A stretch of 60,881 nt of DNA, filler included, from Porpidia crustulata (lineage: Eukaryota): assembly GCA_964255105.1 (NCBI GenBank). It is 7 parts of 7 records of this genome, joined end to end, with 100 filler letters (N's around TTAATTAATTAA, not from the genome) between each part and the next. Parts side by side here need not be neighbours in the genome. Positions count along the whole stretch, not along the records: positions 43,569 to 52,175 come from CAXUWE010001090.1; positions 52,276 to 60,881 come from CAXUWE010001091.1; 5 more parts are not named here. One strand, given 5' to 3'. The notes beneath the pieces are model-generated. The model was not told the origin of the DNA. It saw only the letters and a program-made list of their open reading frames with translations, and did no database searches. How positions within the stretch are numbered: the stretch's first letter is position 1; every line of letters starts with the position of its first letter. Positions 50,592 to 60,881 of the stretch are shown in pieces. A program made the translations under genes and the position numbers.

Positions 50592-51785
50592 TCAGTATGC
50601 AAAAGTTTGCCCTACAAGTCTCTCACTCAGAGTCCATAGCAACTCCCCTCTCACCGGGTTGACGGCATAATCCTCGGCTTTGGCAATGTCTCCATCTTCT
50701 AAGTAAGCCCCAGACTCCTCTTGGAGCGACGGGTCCAAGGCCGCAACTAGCGTGGTTGAGCAGCCCTGTTGCAGAGTCTTGCGCTCACCTGGCAAAAAGG
50801 GACCTGAGAGTCAATCGCCTTTTAGTATACCATTCCCGAACTAAACGCTGGGTGAAACTGACGCTTCGTGTTTGATTCGATCAATGCCAATCCTTCGCGT
50901 CCCATATCCGCATCGATAAATTTCTGGAGGCTAGTACTAATAGCTTTTTCAGGTCATTGAGCGCTCCTATGAATGGGATAATAGAGAGATCAACGGGAAA
51001 AATCAAGACATACAACCAGGGTGCAACGAGAAAGCCTGAACGCCTTTGTTTCGAAGTCTTGATGCTAGGGTAACGGTGAACAATATGCTGGCAGTCTTGG
51101 CCTGTCCATACGCCTTCCACGGATGGTAAAGTCTGCCGTGCTAGGTCACGGTAGTCAGTCACTGGCCGTTGTCTAACATAGAATACGTCAGGACCCATCT
51201 ACCTCAAAGTTCCAATCGTCTAATTGTACATCAGCCATTCGATGCCCCGAGCTAGAGACATTGATAATCCGTGCTCCGTGCCCAGCGGCCAGAATCTTTT
51301 CCATGAGCAAGTTCGTAAGCAGAAAGTGCGAAACAAAGTTTGTGCCAAATTGGCTCTCGATTCCATCCATGGTCTTTGCAAAAGGACAAGCCATGATAGC
51401 TGCATTGTTGATCAAGATATCAATTGTCTTTACAGCGGCATTGATCAGGGCGGCAGCCTCTCTCACCGAGGCCTGACTGCTCAGATCAAGAGGAATGTAC
51501 TTTGTCGCCACATTCGGGTAAGCTGAAGCTATATTGTCGATCACCGGCTGGATCTTTTGCAAGTTTCGGCCTGCAAGAATAAGTACCTTCGGAGAAGCAC
51601 TGGCAAGCGTGAAAGCAGTTTCTGCTCCAAGCCCGCCTTCACTTGGACCAGTTATCAAGACTGAGATCGTCAGCTGATAATGCCCTCCGAAATGAGACGT
51701 TTGAGGTACCAGTCTTGTCTGCTACTCTGTCTCTGAATACTTCTACAACTTCGGCGCCTGTACTTTCATGATTGAATCGAGTCAT
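50592..51785 (-). CDS. Short-chain dehydrogenase/reductase, retinol-DH/WWOX-like (multi-exon)
   Basis: ITGPSEGGLG, LINNAAIM, ESQFGTN, NVSSSGH, catalytic YGQAK, SLHPG and KTLQQGCSTTLVAALDP. Confidence 0.92.
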
Positions 51786-52123
51786 GTCTTGAACAATAGT
51801 ATATCCCAGTAATCCAATGTTTCTGCTGCACAGCCGACTCCTTTGTCATGATCGACAGCGTTGCTCAACTCCCAACGGATACCTTATGTATTGCTCTCGA
51901 GTATGCATGACCATAGGCGATCCTACACCGCACACTCGTCTTAAGGTCGTATATCATCGATTAGTCACCTCATTGTGCCTTATTAATGAGAGGGTATTGT
52001 AAGCCAGGTGCATTTGATAGCTTCACAAGTTGTCTCACTTGGACCCCCCTACTCCGGAGGCCAGGAAGATCCATGTATGTGAATCATAGTAAAGCCGAGT
52101 ACCCTAACACCCTAATACTCCTA

Positions 52124-52175
52124 CTCGTTCCCACCCCCAAACGGTCCGCACCCCCAAACGGTCCGCGCTAATTAA
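52124..52175. mobile_element. Probable DNA transposon TIR end, cut by contig end
   Basis: After TA at 52122-52123 there is a perfect 17-bp direct repeat CACCCCCAAACGGTCCG x2 (52132-52165). Confidence 0.5.
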
Positions 52176-52275
52176 NNNNNNNNNNNNNNNNNNNNNNNNN
52201 NNNNNNNNNNNNNNNNNNNTTAATTAATTAANNNNNNNNNNNNNNNNNNNNNNNNNNNNNNNNNNNNNNNNNNNN
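52176..52275. other. Artificial contig linker
   Basis: N44-TTAATTAATTAA-N44. Confidence 0.98.
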
Positions 52276-52485
52276 CATCGCACCTTCCTCCAGATAAAAG
52301 ATCAGCCACACTAAATTCACCTTTCAACATCCATGACATGCATTGCTTGTCCTCCGACTCTTGATCCTCCGCATTTCCTCCCCTCCAATCTTCTTACTTT
52401 CTTCACTGCCTACTTCTCCCACTCGCACAGGAACAGAAACTCTCCATCCTACTTTCCTAAACCGCTCCAATCAATCGCCGCCAGC

Positions 52486-53078
52486 ATGATGCATCTCTTT
52501 TTCCTTACGCTACTTGTCAATTTCTTGGGTTGCACTTCTGCATCACTGACCTACCTCAACCTCACCGCCATCTCAGCTGCCAATGGCGCCTCCATCCTGG
52601 AGTGCTGGCAATTGTCTGCTCCCTTTGTTGTCTCCAGCCAGCCCGGGACCGCAGGTGCTGCGACAGCTCAACTTGGGAATGTCGCCAACGCAAGTTTCTC
52701 TGTCATCCCCGCTCAATTTAATGGAGGAGTTCATCGTGCGCCCGCTGTCCAGTATGTCCCCTTCTCCGATCCCATTAGTAGATCTCCGCGAGTAACCAGC
52801 AACACTGACCATAACAATTACGTAGATACGTTTCCTTCACATCGGGGCTCGCCCATATCACCTTCCCCAACTCCTCCCAAGAAGCTTACGTCAAAGGAGG
52901 TAAGAACGGCCTGATTATCGCCGCCGACACGGCCGCCGTAAGCACCCTTGGCCACATCACAATGTACCCGAGCAATCAAGAGACCATTGCGCTCCAGATC
53001 CCCACAGCAGGCGGAGTCCCGCCAGCGCATACCGTTCTACACAGTGGCGCTTGCTTGGGGAGTGAACAGGCCTTGTAG
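52486..53078 (+). CDS. Small secreted protein of an uncharacterised fungal family (cupin-like), 2 exons
   Basis: Signal peptide, LNLTAISAANGASILECWQL, HRAPAVQ|YVSFTSGLAHIT, IIAADT and LQIPT. One intron starting GTATGT near 52752. Confidence 0.85.
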
Positions 53079-56000
53079 GTTTGTATTTTCATGTCAGTAC
53101 TTTATTTAGGACATGAGGTTGACAGGGAGAATCTTAGCAAGACGAAATCATCAAAGGGAAAAGAGAGTGGAGAAAACGACCAAAACGACGACTGAGAGCT
53201 TCTGCTTTAGCGGATCAAAATAGATATCGATAGATGTTCGCTTCTCCAGATAAATATTTAATGGCTTTATGCTGGGCAATTGGATTGATGTATATTATTG
53301 TATCACCGCTCGATTTGTAATAAAAGAGATGTGCTGTTCGATAATAGTCAAGGACGATAGTGAGAGTCTGGGACAAAAGTCACGTAAAGAGGGGGAAACT
53401 TTTATTTATTTCCGACTATGCTCCACAATAAAAGTGTATTGACCGCAAGAACTCGATTGAGACAAACGAACAACTTTCTCGTCGTTTCTGTGAGTGGATC
53501 ATCGTAGGACTTGGTGTGAAAACAAACAAAATACGCCACTCCATGCATGACATATGACCCATACTCGGACGACTCTAATGCGCCACGACTTCAATACCTC
53601 TGAGAAGTGTGAAGTACAGAATTATAAATGACAGCTTTCTTTGAAAGACTTCCGCTGACTAGCTTCAAATACATGAAGTTTGATGAAACCATGCCAGCGC
53701 CCGTAGCGGCATTAAATCTTCGTTGAGAGCTATAGTATATTGAAAAACCCTTGTCCCTAGCCAGTCGTTCTGAAACGTCTGCTCTGAGACTCTCGTGTGC
53801 GCGACGACGTAAGACAAGACCGGAACCAAAACAGCATAGAGTACAAAGAAAGCGCCACGAAGAAAGCCCGGATTATTACGCTCGTCAATAGATCCCATGG
53901 AAACTCATGGGTGATACCAAGAGGTGCAGTCTGAGATCCGCCTGTTTCAAAACAACAAATTGTCCGACCCAGACATAGGAATCGGTGATTTGGAAAGAAG
54001 AAGATATGAGACAACCGCTTGCTCGTCCAATAAGTCAATCGGACATATGAAAAACGAAATCTGCGATATTGGAGATGGACACGTGATCCATTATACAGAT
54101 GAGACAACGCGATTGACTTTGGTATGTGGCAAGAGTACAGCTTCGCGGAAATGGGTTAGAGATGGGGGATATGTTTCTTACACCTCGAATCCTCATGGAC
54201 GCCAATGGGGAGATGGCGATAATTGATGAATGACTCGGCGATGATAAAGATTCAAGCGGGTATGTAAGGCAGTTGACCGCCTAGAAGGACCTGGGGTGCT
54301 GGGAGTAGAACGGAGAGTAGAAGGTAAGGCGTGATATCAGACACCAGACGGAAATGTTTGTTAATTTGTGCCATTATTAAATCTTCTGGTTCTGGCGAAT
54401 AGCAAGTACTCATACTATTTCCACACTCTCGAAGGCGGCCGGATGCTGGGATGCCTTCCCTTTGCCCTGCTTCGCTGTCCCGTCGACAACCGATTATTCC
54501 CGACTTTTCCGCAACCATGAACGCTGCGGCCGCCAGATCATATCTCTTGATGGCTTTTGAGGATGGGGAGATGGACAATCTGAAATGAGGCTAGTAAGAT
54601 CCTAAAGGAGATTTTTTGTACCATAGCGATTGGGGGAGATCAATTGGCCGTGGCTGCTTATGACAACGCCGCGATTTGAGCCAACCTCCGTACCAGACTC
54701 TGAAACCGCTTTTGATAGAACCAGCTACAAAGCCGTTAGGTCCAATTCCGTTGTTCATGAAATCCCCGGTCTCAAACGTACCAAGAATCGGGATCCCCGT
54801 TGAGTCTTGACAAGGCTATGCATCCATGAGGTCGAAAAGCATGTACTAAGGTTAGCCATGCATTGAGGTGGCAAAAAAAAAGGTATATACGACTCGACTA
54901 TGCAGCCAGTGCCAGGAATACCTACCGTACCTTCTCTTGCCTTATAGCCCCTACCTGTCGTGGCTTACACAGCCACTGCAATGGAACGTTTCACCACCTG
55001 CAACCACAACACGAAGCCTCGCCCTCAGAGCTCTATTCACTGAATGCTAGAAGTTTCAATACCAACAAGGCCGATTTGGGTGACTCCAGGATATTATCGC
55101 GCCAAACGAGATGTCTATAGATCAAACGTCTAACCAGTATTAGATGAAATCATAAAGATCAAGATGGAGTATTCACTGTAATAGAAAACGAATAAAATAC
55201 ATATTGAAATACAAAGACTGCTCATATGGGGAAGCTGCGCTGGCTCACGAAGGCTCCTTCTTTCAAAAGCGAGCAATGGGTCATGATGCCCAGTTGAGCT
55301 CGCTTGTAAGCTTTGGGGGTGCGATTGCTTGCTTTCAAGTAAAGCTCATCTTCAAAGGGGCAAACGAAATGTAAATAGGAGTTGGTACTTTGATGAAGAA
55401 CGCCACTGAATGTATTCAAGTTCATCGAAAGAAGTCATGCACAACTGGCTGTTAGTAGGTGATGATGAAAGCTGCGTCAAGTGTTTGTGAGTACCGGTCA
55501 ACTCACTATTGACAGAGATCAAGCCTGGACCACACCTTCCTATCAGGCAACAATATCCCCGTACCCAAATTGAACCATGAAAAAAGAACGCGAAAAGACA
55601 ATCCCGATTGCGTGCAGATTCCGATAGAGGACGTGCTAAAGACGCAAGAGGACGAGGAGAAGCCCACACATACAGCTAAGGTGAACATTCTTCCCTAGTA
55701 CGGCACATATTTATCGTACAAGGGCTTGTTGAGAGTTGACAACCTCAGCAACTCCGCAACGAGCGAAGAACCGGTCTAGATCGTCTTTCACTCAGAAAGG
55801 ATCTTCCCAGAATAATTAATGAAGCAGATCCTCATGTGCCTCTAGGGAAATTGATAATCTTTGGCGGTCCGCTGTAAACGAGGTGCCGAATCGTATTAAA
55901 ATCATGGTCAACTGACGATTAAAAACATCCACATGTCAAGTAGTGAGATTGCCATTGATCAGGATACCGTCCTGGCCGAGATCATGCGATACTGAGCTTC

Positions 56001-56095
56001 AGAGTCATGCACAATGGCTAAGTCATGGTCTCATCTCATCACAGAATCAATTCTGAATCACAGACGGCATGGCAAGTGGTGGCACAGCAGGCGAA

Positions 56096-58109
56096 TTACG
56101 AGCCGGGCGGCCTTTGCTCACCTGGCGGGCCTTGACCTTGCATCGGCTGTTGTCCCTGTTGAGCAAAACTTGAGTACCACAGCGCAAGGTAATTCTGATA
56201 GCCACCGTAGGCTGCATAGGGATCCGCATCACCTCCAGCCGGAGTTTGGTCTTGAGGCTGTTGTTGGTTTTGATTCTGATTCTGATTTTGATTGTGAATT
56301 TGACTCTGCTGGCCATAAGGCTGCTGCGAATGTGAGTACTGGTCACTGAATTGCTCATCACGACGTGATCCACCACCCCCACGGTTCTTTTCCTCCTTGA
56401 AGAAATTAGCAGAAGCCATGGGCTTACAATTTTTGAAACGTACCACTGCGTAAACTTTATCCATAATTGCGCGCTTTGCCTGGTCAATTGCCCCTCTATT
56501 TCCAACCAAACCTATTTCGCGTTCGAAATCCTGCCCGCTTGCTGGTGCTACATTGATCTTGCAGCCTGTTGTACTCTGCATATCTTTGATAGTCTCTCCG
56601 CCTGCGTAAAGCATTCAGCATTCTACTTAAGTTTCTTACGTGGCGCATGCTGTACATACCTTTACCGATTATCATACCCACGGCATCAGATGGTACCGTT
56701 ATGGTGTCAGTCACTTTGTCACCACCGAAGCTGTCACCACCCCCAAACCCTCCAAAAGCAGGTTGCCCTCGTCCGGTATCACGGGGTCCGCCGCCCTGAT
56801 TTGCGAGGCTCTTCGTATCGCTCTCAACAATCTCCATGATCAGATCTTTTGCCATCCCCGCTGCTTGTGGTGTTCCAATTAAGTTGACTGGACGTAACCC
56901 ATTAACGCTTTTCTCCTCGCCAACAATATTGACATGACATTGGCTGCGCTCCTGGAGGTCCCTGATAGTCTCGCCTCCTCTGCCAATTATGAGACCTACG
57001 GTTCGATTAGGGACCATTATCTGTGTAGCATCTTCGCCAGCTCGAAGGGCAGGCTGATGAGCGCTAACGGCCTTACTGGCGGCACTGGCAAAACGATCTG
57101 GCGCGGCTGCTTTGTTACTAAGCATTTTGCCATTTTCTTCAATGATTCGATATATCTCGGCCTTTGCATCTTCTCTTGCGGCACGAGTACCGGTGATTTT
57201 GCACTGGCGAATCGGCCCGCTGGCCTCTGGGCCAGTCATAAACTGAACCCTTGTGGCGGTTTCTGCCTCTACGCGTCTGAGATTTTCACCTTGACGTCCA
57301 ATAATTAGCCCGACTAGTCCGGAGTCTATGACGATCGTCTCCACATTGTCATCTGCGCCTCGACGGCCGGGTGGAGACCTCTCGCCTGGTCCACCAAACC
57401 CGCGGCCGGGAGGTGGAGAAAATCCTGCGCCAGGCCCACGGCCACCTCTCATGCCGGGGGAGAAAGACCTGTCGCGTGAAGGGTACCCAATGACGTTGCT
57501 GCGCCGAGGGTCGTCGCGTCGCTCATCTCGGTATGGATTGTAATTGTCTCGAAAGCTGTCTCTAGCTATGCGTGGAGGCGATCTTGAGGGTGAACGAGAG
57601 CGGCGATATGTACGCCCAGCTAAACGAGGATCACCGTCGCGATGTGGAGCTGCAGGGTTATGATGGTCAGCATTATAGGAGAATGACATTGATGACTTAT
57701 CAAACGCTTCAATTGTCCTGGAGGTAGTCTTACTGCCATTTGCTCGATTCGAGTCGTAGGAAACACCTCGTTCAGCGGCAATACCTCGCGCTTTTGCAAC
57801 AGCATCGTTGAAGCTGACTGACCCAGAATTGACAGGCTTAATGTTACTCAAATCTAAACTGCCTGAGTTGCTCGGCGGTGGAATATGATATGATGGAGTG
57901 GCTGAAGGAGCGGGCGCTGGATAGCCACCAGCATAACCTTGATGTGGTAATTGTTGGTGCGGTGGTTGCTGCCCTTGTGTTGGTGTCCCACCGGGACGTT
58001 GAGCGGCTAGTACATTGTTAATTGAAGGGTCGCAAGGAGGCCAAAGTGGCTGAGATTGATACTGACCGAGTGCAGCCAGAATTTGAGAGATGTTGGGTTG
58101 ATCCGCCAT
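56096..58109 (-). CDS. KH-domain RNA-binding protein, FUBP/KSRP-like (5 exons)
   Basis: Three KH GxxG motifs (VGLIIGRQG, VGLIIGRGG, VGMIIGK|GG), an RS/RG-rich segment and a C-terminal DPYAAYGGYQNYLALWY motif. Confidence 0.92.
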
Positions 58110-59609
58110 ATCTCAATTTGTCCGGTCCGAAAAGGATTGGTCTTGAGACGATGTAAACAATTCTGCTTGCTGTTTCATGACATGATAAAAACAATTAGGA
58201 TCTTAAAGGGACATTGTGGCTTTTGGTTCCACATCTAGAGATAACAGTCGTTTGCTTGGGTTTTATTCTCATTACTTTACTGCTGTCATCAACTTAGGTG
58301 TCCACTTCATCTACAGACGGACGTGAAGAGTTTACTTTTCAGGGAAGTAAGCAGGGTTCGCTAAGAATAAATGACCTAGCCGAAAACAGTAAGTCTATCT
58401 CCAACCGCACTTGAACGTCCCTTCCTCATTCCTGTTTCACCTTGCGTGTTGAAGTTGGTTAGGGAGACCTAGACTCGAGTTGCTGGGGATTCGTCGAATG
58501 CTGTGGCCTCAACAATGGAGTGCCCTGTAAACATGGTACTCTCAGGATAGTCAACCGCCAGTTTCATCTGTGAACATAAGCAATAAGGACTCTAGCGCTT
58601 TCAGCTTCTAGACAAGCAGTCAATAAGCATATTTTCTTCCGAGCATGGATAAAAGAAAATGAATTTGCGTCTATTAAGAATAAACGAGTTATATCATCTT
58701 CATAAAGAAGATGTTAACGTATCTCGGTTCATTACCTGGACCTTGATTTGGTATTTTGGGCGCTATGGAAGATTCTTGGCTGACAATTGCATTGCCGCAA
58801 TATGAGAATACACATAAATCTCGGACAAGCCTTAGTGATTGCATGAATGGAGGTTGAACAATCCTCACTGTCGACCCTACGGTGTTGTGTAGGGAGTGAA
58901 TGTCTCTGGAGGATCTCCATGGCCTTTGCGATTCTATTGCGTGGCAAATCTGCTGACTTTTGGAAAGAGATTGGAGATCTTACAGCTAGCTGCAAGCACC
59001 AAATGAAATTTGTCTTATCTGCATATCCGCTATATTTTGCGTAGGAAAGTGATCAAGCCTAAAGAGACGCCGGAATAAACTGGTGTTTGGGCATTATTTC
59101 ACGGCCTAAGTAGACACGATAAATGGAATCCGGGCATTGGGACATTCAACACAGTTGTGTAGAGTTCCCTTTTGGCTCGCCAGCACTGTCTCAAATCCGC
59201 CTCCACCACTGGTACAATACAGTATGATCCGAAGACTGATTTGCCTATCCTGGACTAACACGATCAATATGCAAGGAGACGGACTTGGCAGTTCTGGATA
59301 TTCTGATGAAGGTCCGAACTGATTTACAGAAATCTTTCCCATCATGATGTTGACATACGTTTAGATACCACTACAGCTCAGCATATTTCTGACTGCGCCA
59401 GTGCTGTTACACTGAAGCTTCTTAAACAGGTTGGTCAATAGACAGACAGTATAAGCAACGATGTTCTGACCGATAGCCCAGCAACCGCTGTGCCCTCAGT
59501 AAATGGTCGGTACACTCCAAATAACGTTGATCCATCTATATCCACTTCTATTGTAGCATTCACGGTTTACATTCAGTAATTCTACAATCTAAATTTTCGA
59601 CTAGACAAT

Positions 59610-60881
59610 ATGTTTCCGCAAAGCTTTGCAGAGCCAAGGTGGGAACTTCCTACTAAGATTAACCATGGCGTAGATGGATCAGAATATGCTGTCCATGCAC
59701 CGCGGGTCAAAGCTCTCACTGGGAGATCCAAGAGCTTGACCTGGGGTTATTCTACCCACACTGATCATGACCAGCGACTGAAAGATGCCGGTGTGTGGCT
59801 TTCTCATAAGCCGGAAGGGTATCATAAAGCCCAACCAGAGCAAACCATCAGGAGCGGTCTCGGAGTTGTGAAGGCGCCAGTCATTGTTCTCCCTCTGCAA
59901 GACTTGATACCAAATGCGAAGAAAAAGTTCAACGATGGACATCTGCATATCTCTCCTCACAGAGCATTACGGAATGACGTTCGATCCCTCATGTCTCATC
60001 CGGACTTTATGACTCCTCTTAAGCTCGGCGAGTATCAAGCGTGCGAAGTAGCTGGCGAGAACATCTGGCGCCATGATCGAGACTTACTTCCTTGCCGGAT
60101 GCCAGGCTGCAATGCCATTATTGCAGATAATAATCCAGCAAACGTCTTCTGCCTTGGCTGTGGTCCAAAGACCTTTATTCGCTACTGCTCTGTACAGCAT
60201 CAGATTGCAGATATGAAAGAGCATTGGAGAGAATGCGGCCACAAGGATCTCGTACGTAAAAAAGTTGTAGACCATACTACGGAGCCAGCTAGATTCTCGC
60301 ACTTGTACCCAGCCGTCACGGATTCAGAAGGGTTCAAGTCCTATGAGAACCACCGCCAGAAATTTTATTCTCAAATCTCCTCCGGCCACTATACGCTCTT
60401 TGATGTAACCGACGAGTCACCTCTTACTCTGATCTGGCCAGATACTGATCCACAAAGGCAAGAGATGGAGACTCGCGTCGAACGTACTCTAAACATTGCC
60501 TTCTTTCAGTCTTGCAATCACAGCGTCCTAGTTTATCTCTACAAGCTATTGCGCGAATGCCTCAAGAGAAAAGTTGGATGGGTCGTTGGCACTCAACACG
60601 TCCTGATGGCGCAACTCAAAGCAGAATTCAATTTTGACCCATCCTCTGCCTTGAATAATGACCAACCATTATGTAAATACGACTGGGACAGCGGTTTCGA
60701 ATTGCCTGAAAGCCCTTATAGCAGTGCCGAATGCCTCGCTGACAGGGAAGCTCCCCCTCAGCAGAGCATTCGCGAGTTGGTCGAGTGGATGGAGGGGGAG
60801 CATTGGATCCTAAGGGCTTGGCGTCGGCAGCATCCGACGGTCGGAATTTGGCGTGAGCGGGCGTTGGGACGAGGGTTTCGA
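59610..60881 (+). CDS. Hypothetical protein with MYND-like zinc finger, 3'-truncated
   Basis: Hand-translated frame open from ATG 59610 to the window end. It is absent from the ORF track because it has no stop. Contains CRMPGC...FCLGCGPKTFIRYCSVQHQIADMKEHWREC. Confidence 0.75.
   Translation, partial: MFPQSFAEPRWELPTKINHGVDGSEYAVHAPRVKALTGRSKSLTWGYSTHTDHDQRLKDAGVWLSHKPEGYHKAQPEQTIRSGLGVVKAPVIVLPLQDLIPNAKKKFNDGHLHISPHRALRNDVRSLMSHPDFMTPLKLGEYQACEVAGENIWRHDRDLLPCRMPGCNAIIADNNPANVFCLGCGPKTFIRYCSVQHQIADMKEHWRECGHKDLVRKKVVDHTTEPARFSHLYPAVTDSEGFKSYENHRQKFYSQISSGHYTLFDVTDESPLTLIWPDTDPQRQEMETRVERTLNIAFFQSCNHSVLVYLYKLLRECLKRKVGWVVGTQHVLMAQLKAEFNFDPSSALNNDQPLCKYDWDSGFELPESPYSSAECLADREAPPQQSIRELVEWMEGEHWILRAWRRQHPTVGIWRERALGRGFR

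Noticed and set aside
43569..51785. Flavin reductase, hydrolase and SDR as a biosynthetic gene cluster
   Set aside because: No backbone enzyme, transporter or pathway regulator on this contig, and the three families are common.
52102..52115. CCCTAA twice as a telomeric repeat
   Set aside because: Only two non-tandem copies.
53665..54578. Minus-strand ORF fragments with hydrophobic stretches
   Set aside because: Could be a degraded membrane-protein gene, but no family or coherent frame is identifiable.

Overview
Genomic DNA of a filamentous ascomycete (Pezizomycotina), judged from short GT-AG introns with CTRAY branch sites and NsdD-, Per1- and Rpt5-type genes. The window is not contiguous. 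It is seven unlinked contigs (1-8616, 8717-17332, 17433-26046, 26147-34759, 34860-43468, 43569-52175, 52276-60881) sorted by length (8616 down to 8606 bp) and joined by an artificial 100-nt N44-TTAATTAATTAA-N44 linker, so neighbourhoods across linkers mean nothing. Housekeeping content: RPT5, RMT1/PRMT1, PER1, the NsdD GATA factor, an M16 peptidase, ZW10/Dsl1, a KH RNA-binding protein, a MaoC dehydratase, NADAR, NUDIX, an SDR, a flavin reductase-like protein, a homoserine acetyltransferase-like hydrolase and two tRNAs. Accessory content: a decayed NB-ARC/TPR NLR followed across a gap by ankyrin repeats and a large unnamed domain, a 1301-aa intronless repeat-rich orphan, a MYND-like orphan, a MITE and transposon ends. 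The most striking sequence-level signal is a 1-kb repeat relic with no CC or GG dinucleotides, suggesting RIP-like hypermutation directed at CpC. I found no clear multi-gene novel system. All family calls come from motif recognition by eye, not database searches.
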